NCBI GenBank assembly: GCA_001642005.1
Contig: LWCA01000173.1
Coordinates: 1 to 44,670 of the forward strand
DNA: 44,670 nt
Origin: Intoshia linei
Lineage: Eukaryota; Animalia; Orthonectida
Direction: 5' to 3'
Below, piece by piece: positions 25,301 through 38,100 of this stretch (positions are counted from its first letter, which is position 1; each line of letters begins with the position of its first letter). A model generated the notes under the pieces. It was not told the origin of the DNA and made no database searches. It saw only the letters and a program-made list of their open reading frames with translations. The position numbers and the translations under genes were made by a program.

Positions 25301-26996
25301 CCTTTAAAGTCTTGACCGAAGCAAGGACCGAAGCAATAAAAAAATTTTAGGACCCCTTTTTTGAAAATTAGTAAGAGAAAATCAAAAATTCCCTACTTTC
25401 TTTTTTGAATATTCACTTAATAGAAAGGTTTAAATGTTTAATATTATCATTTGAAACAGTTTTTATGTCAATATTATATGATGAACATTGTGGAATATAT
25501 TTTAAATTTAATAATTACCAGAACTTTGATTCTTTAGACTATTTTCTTTCTAGCTATTTGAATTCCCACACTTTAAAACTTATGAACCGTTTCTTAAGAT
25601 ATAAATGTGAAGTATTTTTTAATAAATTGGGGCCTCTTTTTAAGATATAAGTGTGAAGTACTTTTATTAATTTGGATCCTTTTTTAATGAATGGCCCTGG
25701 GCTATAGCCCATATTGCCCATGCCTTCAAACGGCTCTGGTTATAATATTACATTTTTGGGTGCCAAATAGAAAAAGTTAAAACCCATGATCTATTATAAA
25801 AAATGTAAATATTATAAATGTATTTTAATTATTACTAATTGTATATTTTATACGTTTTAGATTTATGTGCATTATAAATATTTAGAACAAACGTGTTTAT
25901 CACTTCCTAATTTCAATGCAAACTCAAAAATATACTATCAATTAATTAGATCAGGTGGCAAATATGCCAATTTTTACTGTGAACACGGTGTGTGTTAAAG
26001 TTTGATAACCCTCATAAAAGGATTTATATATTCGTACAAGATTAAACGTTTTGACGATGGTATTCTTAATGATCCATTAAATCATAACTATCAACAGTCA
26101 ATGGAGTCCAACAGATTTATTATTTTAATAAAAAAATAAAAAACTTTGTAATTATATGAGCCTAAGTTTGAGGTTTATCACTGATATACAATATACTTTT
26201 ATTTTTTATACTGTATAAATATTTTTGTATTGAAGAATCGCTGCCAAATAAGAGTTGCTAAAATATTTAGATATTTTTCTTACCATTTTAAATTCTTAAA
26301 AACTTATCATGTGTTCGAGCAATTCGGTATTGCTTCATTACATCGAAACTCAAAAAACTAAAAAAAATATATATAATCAAAACGATCAATATGTCCTACT
26401 CCATTAACGTATGTTAATAAATACACTATCAAAATTAGACATTAGAAAAATGAGAAAAATTTTCTTGCAACCAAAAAGGTTTTATTTAAGTGTCTATTCA
26501 ACACCATGAAGGTCACACGGCTAAAGTTAAAGTTAAGTAAAAGTGCGTTTTATTTAAACGATACCCATGCCAAGGTACTCAACTCTAACTAATAAATATA
26601 AAACCAGATTCTATGGTTAATATTGTAACCACTACACATTTTAGTATATTTTAATAATAATTTTAATAAAAATTAGCTTCTTTACTGACAAATGTTATTA
26701 AAATAATTTTAAAATGCAAAAAGGCTGTGGTTTTTTTCAGAGTTTGAAAATATAAAGTAGATGATATGGTTCGCAATAAACAGAGTCATCTTCTTTACTG
26801 GCCACAATGGTATTAATTAAAAAAGATATTATTGATATAATATGTATAGTATACATTGTAGGGTATTAACATTGAAAATATATTTAGTAAAATACGGTAC
26901 CTGTCCAAAGTGCCACATTTGCAAGGATATTAACTAAATTATTATAATATATATATACTTTTACAACTTACTTATTATTAATTGACCAAACTTCAT
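13329..26996 (-). CDS. Giant cysteine-rich (CxxC furin-like/VSP-like repeat) surface protein with C-terminal Ly6/uPAR domain and GPI-type signal; 46 exons, ~1,471 aa
   Basis: Exons 26996-26972 and 26933-26901 plus the start of exon 24559 give signal peptide MKFGQLIIINILANVALWTAVSG. Remaining exons: 24559-24440, 24403-24362, 24324-24271, 24235-24140, 24049-23960, 23923-23828, 23789-23694, 23654-23571, 23508-23398, 23362-23270, 23233-23123, 23050-22955, 22897-22775, 22703-22617, 22579-22481, 22443-22348, 22253-22158, 21873-21851, 20359-20293, 19797-19726, 19671-19480, 19418-19290, 19252-19148, 19100-19008, 18961-18872, 18835-18758, 18721-18626, 18587-18498, 18456-18340, 18304-18197, 16392-16294, 16239-16144, 16083-15982, 15938-15846, 15781-15680, 15637-15548, 14524-14426, 14388-14299, 14248-14150, 14112-14011, 13975-13859, 13817-13624, 13589-13482, 13445-13329. 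All GT-AG, no internal stops, 4416 nt in total. Ends KSCYVCD...VKRTCS...CESCCETDKCNLGDISVSFQIKATFVAILTVLALMFM*. Confidence 0.9.
14690..15504 (+). mobile_element. Intronic Helitron remnant with intact 3' end
   Basis: Ends gagctaggtgctgtttgtgcgaagtacctaaaagtcaagCTAG|T. Internal similarity to the other Helitron copies. Left boundary approximate. Confidence 0.7.
17040..18060 (+). mobile_element. Intronic non-autonomous Helitron copy with internal tandem duplications
   Basis: Reverse complement of 11950-12770. The segment gagttggagaatttaaaaaa occurs three times within 17230-17430. Confidence 0.8.
21029..21416. mobile_element. Foldback-like element: inverted ends with ~29-bp subrepeats in opposite orientations
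   Basis: Left end cttaaattcaaccattt...ccaaccatttttactgaaaat; right end atttttagtaaaaatggttggatttaag. Left subunits read acttttaccaacccttaaggg and right subunits read aagggttggtaaaa. Confidence 0.6.
24830..25788 (+). mobile_element. hAT (Buster/Charlie-type) deletion derivative with N-terminal transposase remnant
   Basis: TIRs CATGGGTTCTTAAACT and agttaaaacccatg. Perfect 8-bp TSD ATCTATTA with central TA. Positions ~25073-25190 encode RKFNDDYIRYGLI...DKPQCFLCSK, the start of a Buster-type BED finger. Confidence 0.88.
25248..25738. mobile_element. hAT MITE nested inside the Buster element
   Basis: TIR CAGAGCCGT / acggctctg. Perfect 8-bp TSD GTTATAAT. Subterminal tggccctgggcta occurs at both ends. 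Confidence 0.92.
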
Positions 26997-28388
26997 TTGA
27001 TCCAAAACGAATAATTTAAAAATCAAAGTAATTCTTAACGAATTTTTACAGAAATGAAATATATTTTAAAAAAATTCTTTTTAGACTAAATCTAATAAAA
27101 ACTATTGTTTTATCAAAAACACAACGTAATGAATTCAAGTTTGTTTTGACTACACCTAAATTCTATTGTACCCTTTAGATGATATTTGTAAAATACCAAG
27201 TTACTGTACATATTCTGAATAAATAAATGGGATTGTAATCAATGTGTTGTACAAAAAATAAGGTATGGCATGTGTGATGCTATTACTTTCTAATGTTACA
27301 AATACATTTTCCATAGAGTCAAAACAAATAATCTTATATTAATTAAAATCACATGAATGTAACGTATCATGCATACAAACATAATCCATTACGCAATCTC
27401 ATTAATTAAACCAAATGTTCCATAAAATCACACGTTTAACACTATATTTATACATTTTGAATTCATTTAATATTAATAACTTTAATCAGACTGGTATTAA
27501 ACTGCAATTAAAGTTTCATGATTTTAAATGTTTAAATTTTAAATATAAGTAAAATTTAAAAATGTGACTGCAGTCATTATTCACTAGAATCAGCCAATTG
27601 GATATATCAAATTACCAATATTAAAATTAGTATCATGCATAAGTTCTAAATCCAATCAAACAATAGTCTTTGTTTGTAAACATTAAAAATTATGTCTGCA
27701 TGTAACTGCACAGTTTACAACAATTTAAGCGTAGAATTAAATCATGAGCTTAGTATAATTATAATTTTTCAATGTTTAAATTGTAAATATTCTGCAGTTT
27801 CTCAAGAATTTTTGAGAAAATGTATTTTTTAATATTCATATATAAATGATACATACAATTATTTTACCAAAAACATAAATGGGTAGTACCATTATGGTAA
27901 TACCTTTAGTCAAACATTTAACATTAAATAAATGGACAAAAATATAACAAACGAATAAAATAATATTAAATTTTAATAAATATCTGTTGAAAGGGCGATA
28001 CGTAGTGACCGCAATCCGTAATTGGATATAAATCTATATGATGAAATTTTTAAAATATTTTTAGTGCCATTTGAAATCAATTTTTGTGAATTACATTTGT
28101 ATTTATAATATTTGTTGATTGTTGTAAAAAATTGAAAGATTTTGTCAAATTGGAATATTGTTGTTTTACAAAAAATGTCTAATAAAACCGTAAAATACGT
28201 ACCAGTCGAAAGTTACTGGGTTAATTAATCTTTTTAAAAAGTCGGCGATTCAAACCTAAATCTATTTCTTGAAAATTTGAGTTTAAAAATCTCACAGCCA
28301 TGTTGAGGTCTTTAACTCAATAAATGTTAATACTGATTAATAAATATGATAAAAATAAATATTTATTGACATGTAAATACAACGTACA

Positions 28389-29008
28389 TTAACGATTAGG
28401 TTTGCTGAGTACTAGTTTATTAAAAGTATTGCATAATAAACGATTGCAGTCAGTATAACACATTTTGAGGAAGGAACACATAAGTAAAAATATGCAAATT
28501 GGTTGAAAATATACTGGCAAATAATTCACAATTTCCATAAAAATATCAATAATATCCAACGTAATGTGTTTAATTGGTAAAAAAATTGTTCTGAGTATTA
28601 AAGATATCAACACCTACATAAAAAATGAAATACAGTATAATATAATTTCAATAAAATTTACCATAATTGGGTTAATTTCAAAGAACGGACCAACATATAT
28701 TGCTTTAAAATATTCTTTACAATCACCATCATAGAAAAATTTCCCGAAAAACGACATAAAAGCATTATTTGATAAGCAATAATTCTAAAAATAAATTTTT
28801 TCAATCTTTCCAATAGATTTTAAATATACATTGGACATTATGGCAAGTTTTTCAGCTTTGTTTACACAATACATTCGCCAATATTCCATAATATAACTTA
28901 ATATAAACATGACTAAAAAAATATTCAAAGAAAATGTATTTTTTATATATCGAAATTGATCTTTTTTCGAATCGATTAAAATTATTGGAGATTTAGAAAT
29001 CGGCATGT
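28389..29008 (-). CDS. CLCC1: Chloride channel CLIC-like 1 (MCLC family) homologue, 3' exons; 5' exon(s) unresolved
   Basis: Exons 29008-28830, 28784-28662 and 28613-28389 are in frame: FLVMFILSYIMEYWRMY...AEKLA...NYC...GDCKEYFKAIYVGPFFEINPIMVLISLILRTIFLPIKHI...YLPVYFQPICIFLL...MCY. This parallels the MCLC core as recalled ([20 protein letters not shown]...EPLKHIG...IP...P). Confidence 0.7.
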
Positions 29009-29044
29009 CTAAAATTTATTATTAATAATAATTAACACTTATTA

Positions 29045-29890
29045 TCCTACATTTATATAAAATTGAATGTCTGTCCGTTACCTTTATATAAAAAATTAGC
29101 CTAGAATTTTAAATACCGTTTTTCGAGTGATGTTTTATTTTACAAAAGCATACACTCATCGTTAATAAATTAAAAATACTACACTCGGCAGAGGTAGCTG
29201 CTATTTGTACCAAGTACATAACATTTAAGTCTAAAATTTTTGAAGATGAAAATTTAAAAATTGCGAAGGAATGAATTATATAGATTTTCACCCATATGTC
29301 TTTATTGGAAATGTGTAGAGGTTCAAGGCACATTTTTTGAAATTGTAGGATATTTACATTCTCAATTTTTATAAAATACATCCAAATAATTGAAAAATAT
29401 TGGTTGATAATATATTAAAAATTATTGTTCATCGGGAATGCGTAGATTTCTCGAGTTGAACTTTTGTATTTATATCAACTGGAATAAGCTCTATCAGAAT
29501 ATATTTTTTTTTAATTTTCGGACTGTTGATTATTTCACATTTTTTGTTTTAATAAAATATTTCGGAAAAAAATATATGTGAATACTAAAATGCTTTTTTA
29601 ACAGTGAAGTCGTCACTTATTCGGATTGAAATTTTTTGTGTGTTAACAGGATACAACTGTACCACCTGTAATTTTTTTAAATTCTAGGGCTATTATATTA
29701 AAAAAAGGGTAATTTGGGGTTTTTGACCAGTAAGGTGTGAGTTTGGGAGGTTAAATTTATCTCATTATCCATCCCGGAAAAAACTGTAATTGAAATGTGG
29801 ACTTTATAAAATTTTAAGACTGGTAGTTATTTCAATAAAGTGAAACACACACACAGACACACAAAGAAAAATCGAGTATATAAGTTAGGA
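29045..29890. mobile_element. Two Helitron pieces: plus-strand 5' end at ~29045 and minus-strand copy at 29388-29890
   Basis: tcctacatttatataaaattgaatgtc resembles 38603. The segment 29388-29890 aligns to 12140-12780. Confidence 0.75.
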
Positions 29891-30009
29891 TTTATAATTA
29901 TTAAGTTAGACTTTTATAAAAATTGATTTATAAATTACATTTGAGAAAAGCATAAGATAATTTTTAATGAATTCAAAATTCTACTAAAGAATAATTGATT
30001 TGTTTATTC

Positions 30010-30307
30010 TATGATTTATTGAGGTAAAATATTAAATATTCATTAACATTTTGTGGAAAAAAATTTCGATTTTTTAGTAAGAAGTTTATTTAGAAGACTA
30101 AAGCTTCTTTCCGCAGAAATAGATGTCGCTGGAGCATTCTTTAATGGATGGTATAATGAAGAGTTTCTTGATTCATTAATATCGCACATTATCTTTAAGA
30201 TATCAGTGTTATTGAGTCTTTTTTCAATATATTATGTAATTTTAAAAGGATCAAAAATAAAATTTAGATTTTTAAAATATTAAGCACCCCCGTTTTAAGA
30301 AACGCTG
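30010..30307 (-). mobile_element. Degenerate hAT transposase C-terminal fragment
   Basis: Minus-strand translation near 30096-30135 gives NAPATSISAERSFSLLNKLL. TIR-like CAGCGTTTCTTAAAAC at 30307. Confidence 0.7.
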
Positions 30308-31924
30308 GTCTAGGAGAATATACAATGTTAAGAAAAAGGTCCCTGACATCCCTATTCTTTAATTTCAGAAATTTCATATCATAATCTATAATATTTTCTT
30401 TATTTATTTAGTTTGTGTGAAAGAATAACATCTGTAATTATCTTTTAAAATAAAATTGTAAAATTTGTAACTTTATGAAATTTTAATTAGCTAGTAAATA
30501 TGCATAATATTTATATCATTATTTTTATGATTTTATGCTGCTTAGCATATCAAAAATTAACTTTATGAACTTCAATTTTCTTAATTATAACTTTGTTATT
30601 ATCATTTTGATATTTATTTAAATGTTGATAACGTTCCTTAATCCGAAAAATGATTTTATATGGGTTGAAATTATTGATAAATGCAACAATTTTCAGAGTG
30701 TAACTCAGATAAGTTTATCTTAAATAAAAATATGTCCAAATGGGGATTCGATCTCTAGCCAGAAAGATTATTAGGGTATAGAAAAAAAGACACCCTAACG
30801 ATAGTGATATATCACCACATCTTTATCATAAAACCATACACCACTCTAACGACAATAATGTTACTCTCATTGAATTGACAATATTATTTACAGTTAATAT
30901 TGACAATGTTATTAACAGTTCGCGACAGCTATTGTGCTAGGTGAAAAATGTAACCTTTCCCAATTGAATTCAAACTTTCTACCCCTTTACATCTCTTGAT
31001 ATGGTGTATATATCAACAGCACACGTTGTTCTAAGCTATCAAATTGCGTACTTCGTAATAGAGTAAAATCTTTTATTATATTGAATGGAGCATATTGGTT
31101 TAGTGTTATAAAATGCCGAAATAATATCATCAATTCTTTTTATTTATTAATTTAACCTTTTTAAACTAATAAATTAAATTTTGAATTAAAATTAAATTTA
31201 AAATAGCTTTAGTGAGATTATAAAAAAAAATGCGTATTAAGATAAAATCAAATAGTACGACGGATATTGAAGTGCGTACTTCAGAGTTACCAGAAAATAA
31301 ACTCAGTTTCTCACAAATTACATTAAAGATCTTGATACATTCATTTGTTGAGGAAAATTGCAATATCTCTGTATATAATATAATACAATATAACAATTGA
31401 AAATCATAATGAAGTAATTTACAGTATTTTAAGTATAATTGGAATAATGTTTTATATATTACTTGTATTTAGAATTATAAGGTAGGAAAAATATTTTGAA
31501 TAAAGAATTTTTCATTAAAATTGGCAAAAATATCATATTTGCGGTATTGAATTTCCATGGTGTGTAACATTATCTTGATGGTTATGATCGCTATAGTCAT
31601 TATTTTCATGTTATTACTGAAAAGATGTGCTCAAAATGTTTTTCAATTATTTTATCTTGTAAATTACGTTCGATTTTGGGACACGCCATTTATTTGACGA
31701 AAAGTGACGAAAAACGACGATGTATCAATTGGGAATAATTATTATACATGTATTGTAATTATTATGTAATTGTAAGAACTGCATTTATGATTAATGTAAG
31801 CGGATTAAACTTTATTTTTTTGACAAAATGTAATATTTGTCTTATTATAAGTTATTATTATTATTAATAACCAATATTATCGACGCCAATACAATATAGT
31901 GTAGGTGTATGTGCCAGCTGAAAC

Positions 31925-32077
31925 ACTTTTGGAACCACTCCTTTAAAGGATTGATAATAGTGAATAGTATGATTTTTAAGTTATATTTTCAACGTGAATT
32001 TATTTTTTTGGTAGAATAGAAATGTGCCCTCGGTAGAGCTAGGTGCTGTTTATACGTAGTGCATAACAGTCACCTAG
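31925..32077 (+). mobile_element. Helitron 3' end
   Basis: Reads gagctaggtgctgtttatacgtagtgcataacagtcacCTAG|T. Confidence 0.7.
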
Positions 32078-32146
32078 TTTTATATAAAATATTTTACATA
32101 TTTAATTAAAAAGAATAACAATTTTGAAAAAATAAATAATTTTTAG

Positions 32147-35100
32147 CTACTTTAACTTATTATTGATATAATTTCGGTAATTATCTAATTCTTCTTTCAG
32201 AACAATATTTTGTGTTTTTAAATCTAAATTTCCTTCCAAACTGAAATCATTTTCCAATTGATAGTTATTTTTTGTTGGTGGTAAACTGGGTCTAAACGTA
32301 TATTATATATGGTGAATAGCATAGTATTTTAAAAAAGGTCACCGCGATAAGACATATTGACAGTTTGTTTTAAACTTGAAAAAAAGGGTATCTTGAAAAT
32401 GATAGTTATTGATTTATGGGAAGATTAAATGGTCCGGTAGTGAAAACTGTAAACACTAACAAATTATTAAATTATTTAACAAATTCGTATTAATTAAAAT
32501 TATTTACTCATAAGAGGATTGAAAATTTGGATTATTTAATTGATTTGATTTTTCATAATAAATGAGTCGTTCTTTTAGCTTACTAAAAAAGTAAACGTAT
32601 AAAAAATGAAAATTTTATAAAACTGAAAATTTACTTGTGATTTTCCAATAAATAGTTGTATTTACAATTGATAGAATCAATATTGCCGTTTAATTTAGTT
32701 ATTTTTGATTTTAAACAATTTTCTTTGGCGTTATTCTGACCCCGTAGTTCTAGTATAATCTTATTATTGATCAATTTGAATTGATCCAGCCATTTCGGAA
32801 AGTTTTTTTGTGTTATTGGTTGATTCAAGTTCTAAGATTATGAAATGAAAACAATTCAATAATATTCCTTACAGAAAAATCCAAAATGTATTTTTCCAAT
32901 TTTTGTCTGTATATGGTATTTAAATTGTGTTCATGTTTTTCTAGATCGATAATTGCCATTTTCATCTTTTGATTTTCTGAAATTAAATCTAGTTTTTTCT
33001 AAATACTAATATAAAGTATATTAAAATTATTAAACCTTCTCTAACATGTCCAAATTTGCTTGTAATTTTGCGTTTTGACTTGTTTCAGAGATTAGGTTGG
33101 TTTCAATTTTATTACTTAAAAATTTTTAAACAAATTAATAAAATTATCATACATTTTTCTTTTCAATTCATATTCATTATCTTTATATTTTCTTTCAATA
33201 TCCTGTAGATGAAGTGCAGCCTCATTGTCAATCTATAATACAATTTTTTTTAATAATGTCATTCCAACTTTATACTGGTTGATATAAATTGTTTCCTGAT
33301 AAATTTGCATATGGGTTTTTCGTTAAATTGTTTTTGTAATTTTTCAAAATTTCATTTCTACTTTTTTTTAAATCTTTATATTCATTGTCTATCCCTTCTA
33401 TTCGTTGTAAAACTGTTTGTTGGTTATCCAACAAATTATTTTTATTTACAAAATTTAATATTTTTAGACTCAACTCTTTATTAATGCTTTTCTAAATTAT
33501 TAATTTTTAATTAATACTTGGAAAATAGTAATGTTGCAATTATTTTTACTAAAAATTTCTATAAAATTAGTACCAAATCGTTCAATTGTTTTAAAGCAGA
33601 AATGTATGATGACTTTAATAAAACGTAATTATCAGACAATTCACTTCTCTCTTTTTTTGAAGCGTCCAACATTTTTTCTAGAATTGATTCTCTTGATTCA
33701 AGAGATTGTAAATCTCTATTACATCTGACTACTTCATTACTTGAATTTTGAAGCTAAAAATTTATAATAATTGACAAGAATTTATATAATCAGATATGTT
33801 AAAAGTTACACAAAATTTAAAAAAATTAAAATACAGAAATATATAAAAATGATATCAAATTTCATAAAAACAGGATATGAACCCTATTCTACAGACCCAT
33901 GTTTGCTGCAAGTTATTTACATGATACTGATTACTCACATTCATTGTTTTGAAACCATTTGATATAAAATATTATGTATTGAATATTATTACAGCATTTT
34001 TGTAATTTCTTTCCTGTTGTTTATATTTTTCCAGAAGTGTTTCATTTGTATATTTGTTTCGGTTTTCCTAAAATTGAATCGTAATTATAACAGTATAATA
34101 ATTAATTACATTGTTTTATATTTATTTATACAAAACGATAATAATATAATGCAATGCACCATTGTATATGTTTTGGGAACTTCATGACCAAATTTTCTTA
34201 ATTAAAAATTAAATTTTTTTGGAAAAAATTATTATTTACATAATTCATCATCATTTAAAATTTCTCCGTTTTAATTTTGAAAAATATACATGTATAAATC
34301 GTTCATAATATATTCCTAAATTATGAGGTAAAGGCTGAATAGGTAAATATTAATGTATTTCTATAATTTTATTATAAAATGGTCGCCTCACTTTTTCCAA
34401 ATTGAGAATTTAAAAATTTTATGTTTATTAATACATAACTGCTTATGTATTTAGTACCTGTTTATATTATAATTGTTTAGAGTCAAATTTAAATTTCATT
34501 TTAATTATCTAATTTTGATTTTCGGGGAGATTCGGCTCTGGGAATACATTTAAAATAATATAATATAAAATTTACCAAATTCGTAGATGTATCAAATTCT
34601 TTACTAAGTTTTACTTGTAAATCGTTATTCTGAATTAACATATCTTTATATTGCTTGCTAATTGACGAAAATTTTTGAATTAAATCGTAGTTTTCATTTT
34701 TTAATGTCAACTAAACAATTAAAAATGCAAATGTGGAATCATTTTGATATGTCAATAATCATATTACATAAGAATAAATCAAAATAATTTCATATTTTTA
34801 TGTAAAAATAAAATCTCAATAATGATAAAAATAATAAAATAAAAACATGGCCGAGAGAAATAATTTTTTTTGCGTATCTACGCAGACAATGAAAAAATTT
34901 TAACTGTCGAACGAATAAATTACTCTAAATAAAAAAAAACAACACTTTATTTGTGGAATATTTTGCTTTTTTTCAAAAAAGGGATTTTCAAAAAAATATC
35001 GGTTAGAGATTGTGATTTTGAAGCAATAGAGAAATTTCTTTCATTTTGTGTTGACGTAGGTTGAACGGTCATAAGGGCTTCCTTTAATTTTAACAATCTT

Positions 35101-38100
35101 GATGATAGCGTTCAAGTTTGTAACAACTGATAACATTTTTCAAAATAATATTGGAAAAAGAGGATAATTCTCTTAAGCGTTAGTAATTTGTGGTTGGAAT
35201 AAGAGAGTTATAAAAAAGTATTGGAAAAAGAATATTTTTCCATTAAGGGCGTAAAATTAAATTAAATTTAATTAATTTAACATTAAATTTTTGTGGGATA
35301 TAAGTGAGATTTTTTAAATAATAATGTAACGGTCGTAAGTCTTTGATAAAAATTCACATCATCTGGCATCTCTGTAATAAATATTTAAAATTCTCCCATT
35401 AAAATAAATAAAAGTTAATTATTATTAAAATTTTTTTATTAAAATCTCACGGACCTCCAGACATATAGTTTTGGATCGAAAAGGTACAGGGACCCAATCA
35501 GCAACCACTAAATTTTAATAACCAAGTCAGGATGTATAAAATAATCGATTATTTATAATAGTTTTTAATACGTTTTTGTACTAGTATTTGGCTTATATCA
35601 AACCTGAATTCAATCAATTATAATGGTACAAAATTAAATTATAGATACTTAGGTAATATTCTATGACAAATAAATTTGATGTTTTTTTATTATGGTGCCA
35701 ACTTTATGATGTAACATGTAGGATCGTAGATTCTGGTAATTTGGTGGGCCGCCACATTAAAACATTTTTCAAAAAAAATTGCTGGCGTAGGTTCCCTATT
35801 TTGGTTGTAGAGTAGAGATCTGCAACCAGTGACCTACAGAATAATTTTGGTGGCCTTTTGAGTAAATATGTAAATTATTCAACTTTAAAACACCGTTTTA
35901 AACATATTTAACTATAACTGGCTCATTATAATAATTTTAATACTGAATTTTTAGATAATCCCGGATTTTATTTTGTTGAATATATATAATACATTTATAC
36001 TAGAAATGTTTCTCTTCAGTTAAAATTAAATATATTATGTGGAAAATGTCAAAAACGGCCCCGTAGAATATGTTGATATAAAAAAGTGACCAATGAGATG
36101 GAAATGTTGCCAAAATATGTTGTAGAGCAGTGCTTTTCATCAAGGGGTCGCGAAATTTATCATGGGGTGGTGAGAATTTGAAAATTTTATGAATACATTT
36201 TTTTTTATTTCAATATATTATTGACAGTAATAATATTACGGAAATATTTTTACATTATGAAAATTTTTGAGTCGCGAAAATTTTCAATGTTTATAAGGGG
36301 GTCGCGAACACAAAAAGGTTAAAATCACTGTTCTAGAGTATATGATGGATATATTAAACCTTTCATATATCAATTTATGAGTCGATTACAATTCCTACTT
36401 GGCAGCACTAAAAAAAAATTGAAAAAAATCAATTTCATGAAAAATGTAATACAATTAATGTTTAAAAAATTCTTGGAGGTATTTGATATAAAAAAATTTC
36501 GCATCCATTCCCAATGTAATAATTGCTATGCTAAGAATTATGTCACCTTTCAAAATTCGAAAGAAATGATAAAATAAATTACATTAGAATCTTCTATATT
36601 CCTAATTCTTCTATTTGTTGTTTCTTTATGCGCCCTTAATCTAGCTAATTCGCCATCGTCATTTGATTCCACTAGAGCACCATTATTTAACGCCAATTTT
36701 CGTAATCTAGTCCGATACGAATATTCCAATTTCTATAAAAGGATAATGTAATACAAATAGCTTAATAATATATAATATAGGTTTCGGTCATTATCAGTGA
36801 ATTTGAAATCAAAGAGAATGGTCAAAACATGACATATTATTTAAAAAGATATCACCTGAACGTGTGGATGGTTTGCTATTGGAAATGTTTGCACATTACT
36901 CAGTGTTTGACCCAATGAAATGACTGCATTCGTATATTTGATATTTTCATCGTGATTTAAAAAAAATAGAGCTCGAGTTTTGCAATTGTTGTGCAATATA
37001 TCTTCCAATAAAAAAGTTAAAGATGTTTGTCTGAAAATTGATAGATAGTATAAATTGATAAATCGTATAAATTAATATACCAGTCATTGGAAATGTCAAC
37101 TTGCGCCAGATATATTTAAAATTTAAATTAACATAATGTAAATTAAATGTATTAATTAATGTAAAAATTTTTATGTATCAAATGCTTTTTAAAAAACAAT
37201 AAAAAATGAATTTACCAAAAATTATAAAATGAACACAAGTATTGACTTGATTTCCCAACTGGTATACATTATTTAATCAATTTCAAAATATTAAAAAAAT
37301 ACAGTATATTTATTTATTGATCAATAAAAAGGAATTAAAATAAACCTATTATCGAAACTATGCGACTGTCTGTTGAGAGAATAAAAGTGCATCATATCTC
37401 TCATTTTAAAAATACCTGAGGATCTCAGAGGACCCTCTGTCAAGAAAAGTTTTGCTTTATCATTTACAAATTTTTCTATTCCTCTTACAATTATAAAACT
37501 AAATGTCGATACATACGGTAGATTTGATTGAGCATTAATCTAAAATATTAAATGTATTTTCATCATTAAATTGATACTATTGTTATTGTAAATTTAAAAA
37601 AGACAGTAAACGCAGACTCTGGAATTCCACTTTCAGTAATTAAATTCAAGTGTTTTCTCCAGGCACTTTCCACAATCGAATAACTGTCATCTTCATATAT
37701 TAAATTGATGCTAGTGCAATTCTAATAAAAGTTAAAGAATATTGATTCATTATAAGGAAAATGTATAATCTAAATTCTTGATCTGTTACTTTCAGAGAAG
37801 GTCCGTGTTCTTCGGTGTATTCAATATCTGTAATAGATCTTTGTATCACGGGAGTTTCTAAAATGTCCACTATTGATTCATCGTGAATATGAAAACACTG
37901 AAAAGATATTGTTTGCTGATTATCTAAAAACTTATATAATTCAATTTATTTTAAATAATTTAAGTGATTATCAATAGTACTTGATAAAACAAATGCTGTC
38001 AAGTTATCAACAAATATTTCCAATAATCCGTCGGTTTTAATGTTATCGATAATATGACCTCCAAATGTAGCCTTTAAATGTCCATTAGGAAGATCAAATA

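Noticed and set aside
13329-26996. Alternative genetic code or stop readthrough suggested by fragmented Cys-rich ORFs (ciliate or diplomonad origin)
   Set aside because: All apparent stops fall in GT-AG introns; the spliced CDS is open in the standard code, and genes end in TAA or TAG.
30735-30815. tRNA/SINE-like motif (minus strand gagatcgaatcccc)
   Set aside because: Only a partial B-box-like match; no cloverleaf can be built.
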